Source: the human T2T-CHM13v2.0 reference genome, Homo sapiens. Taken from it: 64,000 bases of DNA. How positions within the stretch are numbered: position 1 is the first letter of the stretch; each line of letters begins with the position of its first letter. Location: assembly GCF_009914755.1 (NCBI RefSeq), contig NC_060933.1; one strand, written 5' to 3'. The position numbers were made by a program, and so were the translations under genes. Below the pieces are notes generated by a model. That model saw only the letters and a program-made list of their open reading frames with translations, made no database searches and was not told where the DNA came from. Positions 46,168-59,639 of this stretch are shown here, one piece after another.

Positions 46168-46583
46168 ATGCTAAATTGGAAGACATATTTCTGATGTTCA
46201 GTAAATTGGCCTTTAGTAGAAATACGCCTTTAAAGTTTAGCAAATTTAATTCTCTAAATCAGATGTTAAAATATACAATGCTTAAAAAAGGCAATCTTGC
46301 TCAGTACGTGTACACAGAAATTTATGAATCGTGAAAATTTCATGGTCACTGTAAGAATGAAATAAAATATAAATTCTTATGTTTTTTCTTCTTCTGTATT
46401 TTAAAGGATCTATTGGGCTCCCAATCATCATTTCACTTAAAGTTTAGATTTTCTGAGGTTTCAGATCTCCAATTTGGGAATGGGGGAAGGAGTCATCTGT
46501 GTTTTGAAGCTTATCAATCAAATTAATTCTGATTTGGGAATTTAGAAATCAAGAAAGAAAGAAAATGAAGTGGAATGATATGG

Positions 46584-47040
46584 TGTATTATCCAAGGTTT
46601 AGTGTAGAAAACAGAAATCACTGTAGGTATTTCAAGCAATTAATATAGGTAATTGGGTGTTTTCTAAACCTTTGGAAAAGATAGGGGTATACAAGTTCAA
46701 GGAAGGCCATCACTAGCTCTCAGGTTCACTTTCAGGAAATCAGAAAGTTGCAGGAACCTCACAGAGTTCCTGCAGCACCAAGTTAGGAAGTTCATGTAGA
46801 AGTCCTTTCAAATCCTGCATATGTCCATCCACTGCTGCTGGGGGAACAATGACGTAGCAGTTCCTTCTGTCTTACCTTCTAATCATGCACAAGATTAGAA
46901 GCTTCTCATTGCCATTCTCTAACCAGAACTCTGCTGTAAGGATTCTGGGAAATGTAGTTCCCAGGCTGTCATCCCTTGAGACACAAGTGAGAACGTAAAG
47001 GGATTTTGGAGCTAAATTGCAAATGAATAATCTGCACAGT
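46584..47040 (-). mobile_element. Old ERVL-type LTR, subfamily uncertain
   Basis: 'tgtattatccaaggtttagtgtagaaaacagaaatcactgtaggtatttca' ... 'gattctgggaaatgtagttccc'. Confidence 0.55.
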
Positions 47041-47612
47041 AAGCAATATTAGATATGGGATCTTTTTTCTGTCTTGGTTCAATCTTTGAGTTTTCCTAAA
47101 GTGCAGTTTCCATAATTATCAATTTTGAATATTTCTATTGTAAGTTTAAACCATAAGGTCTCAATTTGCCTTTAAATCAGCACTGATCTTGTCAAATGAG
47201 AAAAAATGTTTATTTCTTGAAGAAAGCAAGGGCCTCAGATTTTGGAGTAGCTGCATTAATACTTAGTGTATATATTAATCTGATCAGCTATTTAAACATC
47301 AATCAAGATGATGGTCTTCTACTAAGTTGATAGAAATATTTATTGAGGTTACTTGCTCTATACGTTAGAAGAGGCGAGAGTTTACAAGAGTTTACTAGTA
47401 CGTTGTTCATTGCCCTATGCTAACAGCTCTCCCTAAAATGAAATCCTCAAGGCTAAAACATATGTCATAGTTGCAATTTTTCTGGCAACGTCTGTGAAGA
47501 CATCCTTGCCGTGGTGTTACAGTCAGTGTAAAAGACCTGAGTCAGAAAAATTGAGAGTCCCAGAGTAGAGAAATAAAGAGAGGAAGACAAATGGGAAGAT
47601 GGCATACTACGA

Positions 47613-47882
47613 ATTTTATTTTATTTTATTTAGGCAGAATCTCTCTCTACTGCCCAGGCTGGATTGCCATGGTGCAATCTCGGCTCACTGCAACCTGCAC
47701 CTCCCGGTTCAAGCAATTTTCCTTCCTCAGCCTCCTGAGTAGCTGGCACTACAGGCATGTGCCACCACGCTTCACTAATTTTTGTATTTTTAGTAGAGAA
47801 GGGGTTTCTTGGCCTCCAGTAATCTGCCCGCCTCGGCCTCCCAAAATGCTGGTATTACAGGTATGAGCTACCATGCCCAGAC
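47613..47882 (-). mobile_element. AluS-like SINE with ~30-bp internal deletion
   Basis: 'ggggtttc|ttggcctccagtaatctgcc' skips part of the left arm; TSD gaattttattt / gaattgtattt. Confidence 0.9.
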
Positions 47883-47937
47883 TGAATTGTATTTATTTGT
47901 TGTTTCTTTCTGCCCATACATGTAAGTCACATAATCT

Positions 47938-48606
47938 CTTTTTTAAATTATACTTTAAGTTTTAGGGTACATGTGCACAAAGTGCAGGTTTGTTACATAT
48001 ATATACATGTGCCATGTTGGTGTGCTGCACCCATTAACTTGTCATTTAACATTAGGTATGTCTCCTAATGCTATCCCTCCCCCCTCCCCCCACCCCACAA
48101 CAGGCCCCAGTGTGTGACGTTCCCCTTCCTGTGTCCATGTGTTCTCATTGTTCAATTCCCACCTATGAGTGAGAACATGCCGTGTTTGGTTTTTTGTCCT
48201 TGCGATAATTTGCTGAGAATGACGGTTTCCAGCTTCATCCATGTCCCTACAAAGGACATGAACTCATCATTTTTTATGGCTGCATAGTATTCCATGGTGT
48301 ATATGTGCCACATTTTCTTAATCCAGTCTATCATTGTTGGATATTTGGGTTGGTTCCAAGTCTTCGGTATTGTGAATAGTGCTGCAATAAACATACGTGT
48401 GCATGTGTCTTTATAGCAGCATGTTTTATAATCCTTTGGGTATATACCCAGTAATGGGATGGCTGGGTCAAATGGTATTTCTAGTTCTAGATCCCTGAGG
48501 AATCGCCACACTGACTTCCCCAATGGTTGAACTAGTTTACAGTCCCACCAACAGTGTAAAATTGTTCCTATTTCTCCACAGCCTTTCCAGCACCTGTTGT
48601 TTCCAT
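47938..48606 (-). mobile_element. L1PA3/PA4-like 3' end
   Basis: ORF 48152-48523 equals the ORF2p C-terminus; 12-bp TSD gtcacataatct (47926-47937, 48607-48618). Confidence 0.95.
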
Positions 48607-48710
48607 GTCACATAATCTTGAGGTGTTTTGTCTATTTTATTTACTTTTGTGTTCTCAAGTTTAGAACCAAGCATTTAAAAGCTACTTAAATATCTGCTGG
48701 AAAAAAAAAA

Positions 48711-48796
48711 TGGGGCCTGAGAATTAGCATTTTAAAAATACTTAGGTGATTCTGATGCAGGTGGTCCTAGGAATACACTTTGGCAAATAAACACTG
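48711..48796. mobile_element. MER5-like DNA transposon fragment
   Basis: 'tggggcctgagaattagcatttt...aggtgattctgatgcaggtggtcc...cacttt...acactg'. Confidence 0.75.
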
Positions 48797-48889
48797 GTCA
48801 AAGTTATAGAATAGTTTAAAAGAAATAAAGTTATACTATTTGTAAGGACAAGTAATTAATTTATAAGAACAGTGATTTTTTACCTGTAT

Positions 48890-50013
48890 GGTCTCAGAGG
48901 TGGATATGATTTCTTAAGACATAAAAAATTGATCATAAAAGAAGAGACTGATAAATTCAATTAAATTAAAATAAAGGTTTTTTATTCACTACAAAACACC
49001 ATAAGTAGGATGAAAAGACAAGTCATAAACTAAGAAAAGTAATTTGCAGCACATGTAACTGACAAAGGACCAGTATCTTTAATATATAAATTACACCAAC
49101 GAATCAGTAAGAGAAAGACAGGCAATCTGATATAAAAATTTCTGAGACTTCGACAAGCATTTCACAAAATAAATTCAAATGGCTAGTAAATATATGATAA
49201 TGTGCTCAATTTTATTGATAATCATTGAAATGTAAATTAAAATTGCAATGATATAACGTTCACATTCACTAAATTCACAAAATTTAAAAGACAAATCTAC
49301 CAATATTAACTGTTGAAGTGAGTATAGATCAATGGAAAACTATACCTTGCTGAGGGAACTATAAATTGATACAGCCATTTTGGAAATACTTTAGTACTTG
49401 CAAACTTGAATATGCTCCAGGTCCCAGAATTTCTCTTTCTAGGTATATTCTAGAGATACTCTTGTTTATAAACACAACAAATGTGCAAAAATGTTCCTAG
49501 CAGTGTTTTTTGTAATGGAAAAATACTGGTCACAGCCCAAATGTCCATTATCATGAGACTAGATAAATAAAATGGAATAATATACAGTAGTGAAGATGAA
49601 CAAATCACAGCTATACAGTTATAGCATGAATAAATCTTAAAAATACTGAATGAAGAAAGCAGATTACAAAATCTGGTTTTCATACAGTACAATGTCATTT
49701 TTAAAAAAAGTTTGAAAAAAGCAAAGCTTAATTTAGTGTTTAGGAATACATACATATGGAATAACACTATAAGAAAAGTAGAGGAATGATAAACACAAAA
49801 TTTCAGGATAGTGGTTAGTTCTGGTTGGGATGGGGAAAGAAGCAGATGAGAGAATAAGAAAGGGGCATTGAGGTGAATACAAGGATGCTGGGAATATTCT
49901 AGTTCTTAGGCTAGGTTGTAGAATCATAGGATATTTATTTTTCATTGTTATGCTTTATAATGTATGTACATAGACTTTCTTTTGTCCGTGTGCAGTATTA
50001 TATAATTAAAAAA
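48890..50013 (+). mobile_element. L1ME-like 3' region
   Basis: 'gatttcttaagacataaaa...tttgcagcacatgtaactgacaaagg...cagcccaaatgtcca...ttcaggatagtggttag'. Confidence 0.8.
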
Positions 50014-51852
50014 TCCAATAACCAGGATGATTTATAACTAAGGAAATTTGTAGTTTGTGGCTACTAGATTGTAAATTCTTCGAGGGCAGCTATTTGGTAA
50101 AAACAAAATATTCAACAATAATTGGACTCAACAATGAATGAAGAATGTTGTGATATGTGTACACTGATACTTCTAGGAGTGCTTTAAAAATGTACTTAGA
50201 AGAGATTGAAGATTGATATCATATGTAGTCCCCCTGTCACTTTGTCTTAATATGCTTGGGATGGCATTTTTTTCCTCACGTAATACAGGGAAATCATCTG
50301 ACTTCAGGAGAAATCTCAAATTAATGGGATTTGAATGAATATACTTTTATTAATCTGTACAAAATTGATGACCATTTTGTGTACAAACTCAGCATTTGGC
50401 CTATGCAGATGTAATTGTTTTCCTGGAAGGAGCTGATAGGAAAAATTAGAAGATTTGATTTTCTGAAAATTTTCTTTTGGAGCCCCACCCACTTGCTCTA
50501 AATATGAAGTCAAAACTTTCCTCTATGTACTAAATATGGTAAAAGGATAAGCTGAAATGTAGAAACAAGATAAATCTATGGAATGAAGTGTAGTTTTCTA
50601 GAGAATGATCTTTCTACAGATTATTTGGGCCCTTTATCCCAAAGAGATTCTTCTGTACCCCAAACAATAGGACTGGGATAAAATAGCCTTGAACTGCATG
50701 CATACAGATTTGAATTCTGCCTACCACACTTAGAAGAATCTGACAGGGAGACACATTCATATCATATTTTAGGAGTTTTTGAGGTCACAAATATTTAACA
50801 GTTAGTCTGAGGCCAGTATTGGTCCTGTGGATAGACTGGTCAGTGGATTTGACAGTGAGACAGGTTGGACATCCAAACCAGAAGAACCTAGAACAAGTGA
50901 AGTCTCAGATTTTGTGGCCAGTGTGTTAAGGATGGGCATTTAGAGGACCCAAATTGTGGTCAGTGAGGTTTTTATCCTGGGACAATATTGCCAAATGTGA
51001 GGTCACGTAGACCCTTAGTGAATCATGATGTGATTTTGCTGCTGCAGTTGAGAAGGTAAGTAACAAATGAGATAAGGTATTATCAGGTTAATACCTTATA
51101 TACAAAAGCAAACAGCTGCCTTTTTAGGGGGTGGAGAGCTCATGGCATTAACAGAGGGGACAGGAAGGCTGAGCTCAGGGTGGTGTAACACAGCGTGCAC
51201 ATATACAGAGGCCACTAAAGCCCAAGCCATGGCTGCTGCAATATTGGGGTAGCAAATCTGTATTACACAAAGATATTTTTAAAAGGATATTGTTACAATT
51301 ATCCCAGCCTTGGGACAGAGTATAAAGGGAAGAGGTCATAAAAAGCTAAAGATGTTTAGGATTGCAATGAGATTAAGGTTTAGGTAAAGAAAGTAGAGAA
51401 AATATTCTATTCCTCAGCAAATGCATCTTTTTGTTTTTGTGTTCTGGATTTTGCCTTCACTAAGCAATAGAAAATAGTTGAATTAATATGAAGAAAGCCC
51501 CTGCTTTAGTTGACTCTCTCTTAGGAGGGAATATGGTGTTGAGAAAAGGGATCTTATTTATGCTTGCTGGGTTGCTGCTGAGACTTGACACATTTACCTT
51601 GGACCAGCTCTTGAAGTTGGTGAACCAATGCCAACCAACCTTTGTTCAAGAAGGGGCAGCAACATTGGATGCACCACCAGTGACATCTGTTCCCATGAAG
51701 GATTCTTGGATATAGAGAGTGTGGAGCTCTGAGACTTGTAGAGGGGGTTAGTGGAGATGGGTCCTTGAAGGCACTATTGCTTCTATTGACTGTTGACTTC
51801 CAATACTTAGGCTTTTGCTTCAAGATCTTGTGTATTTTAGGTATTCAATAAA

Positions 51853-52311
51853 TGTGACGGTTAATACTGAGTGTGAACTTGATTGGATTGAAGGATGCAA
51901 AGTATTAATCCTGGGTGTGTCTGTGAGGGTGTTGCCAAAGGAGATTAACATTTGGGTAACACCCTCCGTGGGCTGGGAAAGGCAGACACACCTTTAATCT
52001 GGGTGGGCATCATCTAATCAGCTGCCAGAGAGGCTAGAATATAAAGCATGCAGAAACATGTGAAAATATGAGACTGGCCTAGCCTCCCAGGCTACATCTT
52101 TCTCCTGTGCTGGATGCTTCCTGTTCCCCAAACATTGGACTCCAAGTTCTTCAGTTTTGGAACTCGGACTGGCTCTCCTTGCTCCTCAGCTTGCAGACGA
52201 CCTGTTGTGGGACCTTTTGATCATGTGAGTTAATACTTAATAAAATCCCCTTTATATATGTATATATCTATCCTATTAGTTCTATCCCTCTAGAGAACTC
52301 TGACTAATACC
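51853..52311 (+). mobile_element. MLT2A1-like solo LTR (HERV-L)
   Basis: 'tgtgacggttaatactgagtgtgaacttgattggattgaaggatgc...ctctagagaactctgactaatac'; 459 bp. Confidence 0.9.
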
Positions 52312-53109
52312 ATAGGCTCAGATGGGTGGATTTAAAAGGCTTGTTAGAAAATACTCCGTATTCTCTAGGTAACTCAGTAGTCAGCAGAATGATTCTGTAA
52401 GTATCAAACACTAGGAAGGATAGTGTGATGGCCTCTGAGGCAGTCACTGAGGTCTCTAAATTAGTTTGGGAGCAGAAGGCAAAGATAAAGAAAAATAATT
52501 AGATCTATAAGCAAATTTAAGACTCTCATTATAAAGTATTAACCTGATAATAGCTTATAATGAGAGGTTATAAGGTATTATCTTATTTGTACTTTCTTTA
52601 AACAGAAAGTGATAGAAGATTGATTTTAGATTTGGTATAAAATTTTATCTTAAATCCAAGATTTGTAATTGCTAGAATGTAAGTTGTCATGTCAGGAAAT
52701 TTCAATATTCCAGTCCTGGGGAAAATGATTGTTTTTTTCCTAGAGTTAATCTTTTTCACTTGAAAACTGCAATTTTTTGCACAGTTCTTGGTCCTTAGGA
52801 TACAATGATGGTTTAATAATCTCATCTGACTTGGTTACAGCGTCTCTACAGTGGCCCCAACAATACGCTGAATAGACTTAGTTGTGCTGACTGCACAGTA
52901 GAGAAATGATTAATAGCCAAACAGCCAAATCTGCCCAAAGTGATTGCACCATACCTCATCTCAGTTTCTCACATTTTTTCATTAAAATGGTAGATTGATT
53001 TTTCTGCTTTCACGGCTTCTTCAGTGTAACGTGGTGCATTTCTTGCCTGGCAGTTGTAAAGCTGAGCTCTTGTTATTCTGTGTGCATGTGCACATGTGAG
53101 TATGGTTGC

Positions 53110-53240
53110 ATATGTGCTATAGTGCAAAAGTTCTGGACTGGGTGGTAGGAAATCTACGTTTATTTTTACTTCCTGTACTCATGGTCTAGGTGACTTAGTG
53201 AAAACCACTGCCTCTTTGAACTCTTAAATTTTGCAATAGC
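53110..53240 (+). mobile_element. MIR fragment
   Basis: 'atagtgcaaaagttctggactggg...gtgacttagtgaaaaccact'. Confidence 0.55.
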
Positions 53241-53540
53241 AGTGTTTCTTTTATTTTTTATTTTTTTTATTCTTGCCATCCTTAAAACGTATATGAGAGC
53301 AATACTCACTCAGCATTGCTGGGTAAGCCAGTGAGACGCCATGGTGTAATGGTGAGGATCAGCGGTACTCTCTGCTTTTCAGGTAGTGTTTCCACAGTTG
53401 CCTGAATATGGCTATTGTGAACTTCAAGTGAGAATGTATCTGCACCAGAAAAATCAACATCCTCCAATGAAATAACAACTTCTCTTCTAACAATGATAAA
53501 TCTTGATGCCTTTTTAACATAAGATAAAAACATGGTAAGA

Positions 53541-53894
<354 letters not shown>

Positions 53895-54337
53895 TTAGTC
53901 ACTACTTTACTCATTTGAGAATTAGGAAGAGATCAGTTAAACATCTTAAAGGTAAGGGTAAAAGTATATACATGGCTTTGGTCCTTTCTTTACACTTTTT
54001 CTGTCTTCTCCACAAAATAATTGGCGTCCACAGTGGGCCTCAGTGACTGACATTGGGAGCTTTCAGATGACTTCTCCATTAGCTCTCTGTATGACATTAG
54101 ATGCATTCAAGTACATAGTAGATATTTTTATGTTGTTAGAGCTTCCCAATTTTATATTAGAATAGATGTTCTAGCTTCTAAATGAGTTGCCTTGAAGTAC
54201 AGGAGTTTAGAGGTCACAGAAAGCCTATCTTCATTTAAGGAACATATTACATTTCAGGTATTTTAACTAATGGTACCCATTACTAAACCCTGATGTAGTG
54301 GATTAATAGAATACCAGACCTGAAGGCCAAGAATCTT

Positions 54338-54542
54338 TTTTTAAATTTTTTTTTTAAGTTTCAATAGGTTTTTGGGGAACAGATGGTGTTTGGTTACATG
54401 ATGAGTTCTTTAGTAGTGATTTCTAAGATTTTGGTGCCCCCATCACCCGAACAGTGTACACTGTACTCAATGCAGTCTTTTATCCCTCTCCCTCTTCCAT
54501 CCTTTCCCCAGAGTCCCCAAATTCCACTGTATCATTCTTATG
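54338..54542 (-). mobile_element. L1PB-like 3' end
   Basis: 'ggtttttggggaacagatggtgtttggttacatg'; TSD gaaggccaagaatctt / gaaggccaagattctt. Confidence 0.88.
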
Positions 54543-54789
54543 GAAGGCCAAGATTCTTAAGGGAAATTGATACCTTCATGAAGGAAAGTCTGATGTTTTC
54601 TGTCTCATAGAGTTCCCTAACTATGCAGCCACAAATAGAAAGGAGATCCTTGTGTATATGGCAGGAAGAGAATTCCCAGTTTTCATCATAACTAAAAAAA
54701 TTCTGTGACTCGTGAGTTCAGCCAGAAAGGTGAGGTGACTTTTCTGTCTCTCCATAAGTCAGTCCCCAATAAACTCTCTCCATACCTGC

Positions 54790-55348
54790 TGTATTAGTCA
54801 GGGTTCTCCAGAGGGACAGAACTAATAGGATACATGTATATATGAAAGGGAGTTTATTAAGGGGAATTGACACACGCGATCACAAGGTGAAGTCCCACGA
54901 TAGGCCATCTGCAAGTTGAGGAGCAAGGAAGCCAGTAGTGGATCAGTCCGAGTCCCAAAACCTCAAAAGTAGAGAAGCTGACAGTGCAGCCTTCAGTCTC
55001 GGGCTGAGGGCCCGAGAGCCTCTGGCAAACCACTGGTGTAAGTCCAAGAGTCCAAAAGCCGAAGAACATGGAGCCTGATATTTGAAGGCAGGAAGCATTC
55101 AGCATGGGAGAAAGATGAAGGCCAGAAGACTTGGCACCTCTGCTCATTCCACCTTCTTCTGCCTGCTTTTTCTAGCTGCACTGGCAGCTGAGGGGATGGT
55201 GCCCACCCAGATTAAGGGTGGGTCTGCCTTTCCCAGCCCACTGACTCAAAAGGTCATCTCCTTTGACAGCGTCCTCAGAGACACACCCAGGAACAATACT
55301 TTGCATCCTTTAATCCAATCAAGTTGACACTCAATATTAATCATTATA
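54790..55348 (-). mobile_element. MLT2A2-like solo LTR (HERV-L)
   Basis: Homologous over full length to 11219-11770; TSD cctgc / tctgc. Confidence 0.9.
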
Positions 55349-55419
55349 TCTGCTTAAACTAGTGTTTGCTGTGCTTTGCTATCTCAATTCAATATGTGCA
55401 AAAAGGTGCTCTATTTTTT

Positions 55420-56515
55420 TCCAGCCAAACCTAACTTTTTCTCCAGTGCACCATAACTCAATATATAGCACCAGCTACCCAAACCTTGAAAACCCAGGTG
55501 TTTCTGGTGTTTGTTATTTCACTTCTTCTCCCTCTATCTTCAATCATTCAAATATTTTTGCTTGTATATCTTATTTGTCTCTCCAATTTATTAACATTCC
55601 TCTATTTTCAGCACCACTTTCTTGGTTCAGGCCAGTGGTCTTCAGAGTGTGGCATGTGCATTCGGGGATGTGTATAAGACAATCTTTTGGGATGTAAAAT
55701 AAAATACCGGATTTCTGTTTCTATCTATTTTATTTTGTTTCATTTATTTATTTTTTGTTAGTTTTATTAATACAATAATACACATTTATAGTTTATACAT
55801 ATATAAATGTGCATAAAATAAGAGCATATTGCTCAAGATTATTTTAATGATATGAGTGCATGATCAAAACATTTAGGCAACAGTAGGTTAGGTCTTCATC
55901 ATTTCTTACCTATACTGCTGCAATGGTTTGCTCTCTGAAAATGTTGATATGTTTTACTCTCCTCCAATCCCATCCACTGATAATAGGTGTTTATTACTAA
56001 AATGTAAATCTGATCATGTTTCTCTCTTGCTTTAAAACCTCAGTGGTTCCCACTTTTCTCAGAATAAACCCTAGATATTAATGACCCTCAAATTCCTTCA
56101 AATGTCCTTTGCTTTCCCCCTCCACCTTTGTTTCTAGCTGTTCACTCCTTTGCCCTCTAAGTTCCAGACATACTGAGCTACTTGTTTGTCAAATGTACCA
56201 TTCTCTCCTCTCCTCTGTTTTGGGGTTTTGGATGTGCTCATCCCTTTGTTTGGAAAGCGCTTGGTTTCCAGTTCAGTCCCACCTCTCCTGAGATTGACTT
56301 CAGATCTCAATGTAGATGTCACTTTCTCTAGGAGCTTTCCCAACCACCTGTATTGTGCTTCCTAGCACAATATAATATGTTTATTATAATTGTATGCTTA
56401 TTTATCTCTCTCCTTGACTAAAGAGTAAACATCTTTTCCCACTGTTTTATCCCTGGGGCATAGTACAGTGCCCAGTACATATAGCTCAAATATTTGTTGA
56501 ACAAATGGATAAAGT
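55420..56515 (+). mobile_element. L2 3' region interrupted by a DNA transposon
   Basis: 'aaatgtaaatctgatcatgtttctctcttgctttaaaacc...agtacagtgcccagtacatatagctcaaatatttgttgaacaaatgga'. Confidence 0.75.
55633..55886. mobile_element. hAT/Charlie-type non-autonomous DNA transposon
   Basis: Starts with hAT-like TIR 'cagtggtcttcaga', ends 'tttaggcaacagtag'; L2 resumes on both sides. Confidence 0.55.
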
Positions 56516-57379
56516 AATTAATATTGTCACTGTATTAGTCAGAACTACAGTCTTGATGACCCATCTAATCTCCAAGATGTATTCTGAATGTCCATATATT
56601 CAACATTTGTTTTACGCCAAACATGGAGATTTCTATTTAAGAGTATTATCTGCCACTGTAACCAACCTCTGTTTTATGGGGAATCTCTCCCATCCTCCAA
56701 GGACAAAAGCTTGCATTGCTGCTAAGAGAAACTATTTTTATGTTTCCAATTTGCCATAAAAAGAAGAATGCACATTATAGTTGTCTATTATTTCTTTTTC
56801 TAAAAGGTAGCAAATTTTTGCACTTCTAGGACAAAAAGGCATTGCTAAGGCTTTTTGCTTGTAGCATGGAAAGCAGTAAAAACCTGGCAGAGAGGAAGTA
56901 TGATTCAGTTTCCTAGCAGTGGTTATTACTCAGAGTTAAGGACATTTCATCATTATTACTGCATTTATAATATGGTGCTTGAAGGTTGGTGCTCCACTAA
57001 TAAAGGAAAATACCAGGTGCAAATAAAGTCAGTAAAAAGAATATGTTCACTGTGAGTAAGTTAATTATCAAATAACAACTTATCTAATAGAATATCTTGG
57101 AGATCTCAATGCAAGGACCATTTTGAAGTTCACACCAGGAAAGGAGACCACATTATGAGAGAGAAAATAAGCAAACACTATATCTGGTCATATTTTGATT
57201 TTAGGTTATTTATATTCTGTCAGGCTCTTAAAATTATTTAAGGTATCTTACAAAAAACCACATATAATAGTAATAAGATAAAATAAATTGAAAATAGACA
57301 TGAAAAATGAGGCAAAAAAGAAAAATAAAGTTACAAAATTATGAGGGAGTCTGGAATTAGCTTAGTACCAGAAAAGGCA

Positions 57380-58395
57380 AAATTCCTGGAAGACAACCTA
57401 GGCAGTACCATCCTGGACATAGGAATAGGCAAAGATTTCGTGACAAAGACACCAAAAACAATTGCAACAAAAGTAAACATTGACAAATGGTACCTAATTA
57501 AACTAAAGAGCTTCTGCACAGCAAAAGAAACTATCAACAGAGTAAACAGACAACCTACAGAATGGGAGAAAATGTTTGCAAACTCTGCATCTGACAAAGG
57601 TCTAATATCCAGTATGTACAAGGAACTTAAATTTACAATTGAAAAACAATCCCATTAAAAAGTGGGCAAAGGACATAAACAGACACTTTTCAAAAGAAGA
57701 CATATATGCAGCCAACACGCATATAAAAAAAAGGCTCAACATCACTTGTCATAAGAGAAATGGAAATCAAAACCATAATGAGATACCATCTCACACCAGT
57801 AGTAATGGCTATTAGTAAAAAGTCAGAAAATAACAGATGCTGAAGATGTTGCAGAGAAAAGAGAACACTTATACACTGTTGATGGGAGTGTAAATTTGTT
57901 CAGCCGTGTGGAAAGCAGTATGGCGATTCTTGAAGCGCTGAAAACAGAACTACTATTCAACCCAGCAATCTCATAACTGGGTGTATGCCCAGAGGAGTAG
58001 AAACCATTCTATCATAAAGACACAGGCATGTGAATGTTCACTGCAGCACTATTTAAAATAGCAAAGACATGGTATCAACCTGAATGCCCATCAATGACAG
58101 ATTGGATATAGAAAATATGGTACATATACACCGTGGAATACTAGGCAACCATAAAAAGAACAGGGTCATGTCTTTTGCAGGAACATGGATGGGGTTGGAG
58201 ATTACTATTAGCAAACTAACGGAGGAAAAGGAAACCAAATTCTCACTTATAAAAGTGGGAACAAAATGATGAAAACTCATGAACATAAGAAGGGGAACAA
58301 CAGACACTGGGAGGTGTGGAGGGTGGGAGGAGGGAGAGGAGCAGAAAACCTTCACATGTACCCCTGAACCTAAAATAAAACGTTATTTTAAAAAG
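57380..58395 (+). mobile_element. Older primate L1 3' region (L1PA13-16/L1PB-like)
   Basis: ORF 57341-57658 '[18 protein letters not shown]...[26 protein letters not shown]'; end 'catgtacccctgaacctaaaataaaa'. Confidence 0.9.
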
Positions 58396-58579
58396 ACGTC
58401 TTATGCACTTGTCAGGAGAGGGATGAAAGTTGGATTGAACCTTCCTGTATGCCAGAATTCCAGGGAAATATGATTCACAATGCAATTCATAACGTTGGTA
58501 ATATAATGAGACATTCCTCTCATGGATATTTATAGATAGATCATTTTGAAATCTAGATGATGGCATCAACAATATTCAT

Positions 58580-58785
58580 TTAGAAATTGCGATAAAGTAC
58601 ACATAACATATAACAGTTGTCATTTTAACTATTTTAAAATGTACAATTCAGTGGTATTAAGTACTTTCACATTATTGTGCAACCATCAGCACCCACGATC
58701 TATTTCCAGAACTTTTTCATTAGATGAAAACCCCACACCCATGGAATAGTCACTCCCCTGGCAACCACAATTTGTTTTTTTGTCT
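58580..58785 (-). mobile_element. L1MB-like 3' end
   Basis: 'cattttaactattttaaaatgtacaattcagtggtattaagtactttcacattattgtgcaacc'. Confidence 0.8.
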
Positions 58786-59639
58786 AAACAACATTTTTAC
58801 AGTAAACACAACAAATAATTTCATAACCCTATGTATTACAATGCCACAGTTAGCAGTGGATGACATCATGCCATTTCTGTGTTTGTGTTCAAGTCTTTTA
58901 TAATTCTGACTGTCTAGAAAAACTGATTTGGCAGAAGAAGAGAGGGCGGATGGCCTCCTTCACCTTGGAAACCACCAGGATCAACACCTGGGGAGAACTG
59001 TTTTATCTACATGATTGTGTTGGAAAAATTTCTACAGAGAGATATTTACCAGAGAACTATGGGTGTTAGTTTGGAGACTCAGAAAGACTTGGATCAAGTC
59101 AGTTGATGAGTGACTTATAGCTAAGAATTACTGAACTATCTTAGAACTTATCACAACCCTAAGCATTAACTAAATTCTTGCTGTTGGTGAGGCTAATCTA
59201 GGTGAGGACCAGAAGGAAGCCACATTGTTTATCCTGAAAGAAAAAGAAACAAGTGTGAAGATTTCGAGAGCTGGAGGTGAAACAAGTATCACTCAGCCTA
59301 CAGAGGTAAATTCTAGATAAGCAAGGTTTTGAAGGGATTAGTGGGGATAGATGGGATTGGGGATTTTAAATTCAGCATGGGACTCAGTTTGTAACTGGGC
59401 TCTGTGATTTTTTTGCTTCCAATGTGCCAAGAAGAAAGATTAGTTGATTTTTCCCTGTCCCAATATTTTATTAGAATTCAGAATAAATGAGTAAGAGTGG
59501 ACATTTGATTCTGAACACGTAACACAAATCAAGATGTGGAGGCTTTGTATTTTGGGTTCTGCTCAGAATTTTTTTTTTCTCAGCCATGATTTCCAGTCAT
59601 TTGATGAGCTCTATTTATTTGGTGTTTTCAGTTTTTTTT

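Noticed and set aside
51053-51061. Consensus donor AAG|GTAAGT
   Set aside because: No convincing upstream acceptor or ORF; expected by chance in 64 kb
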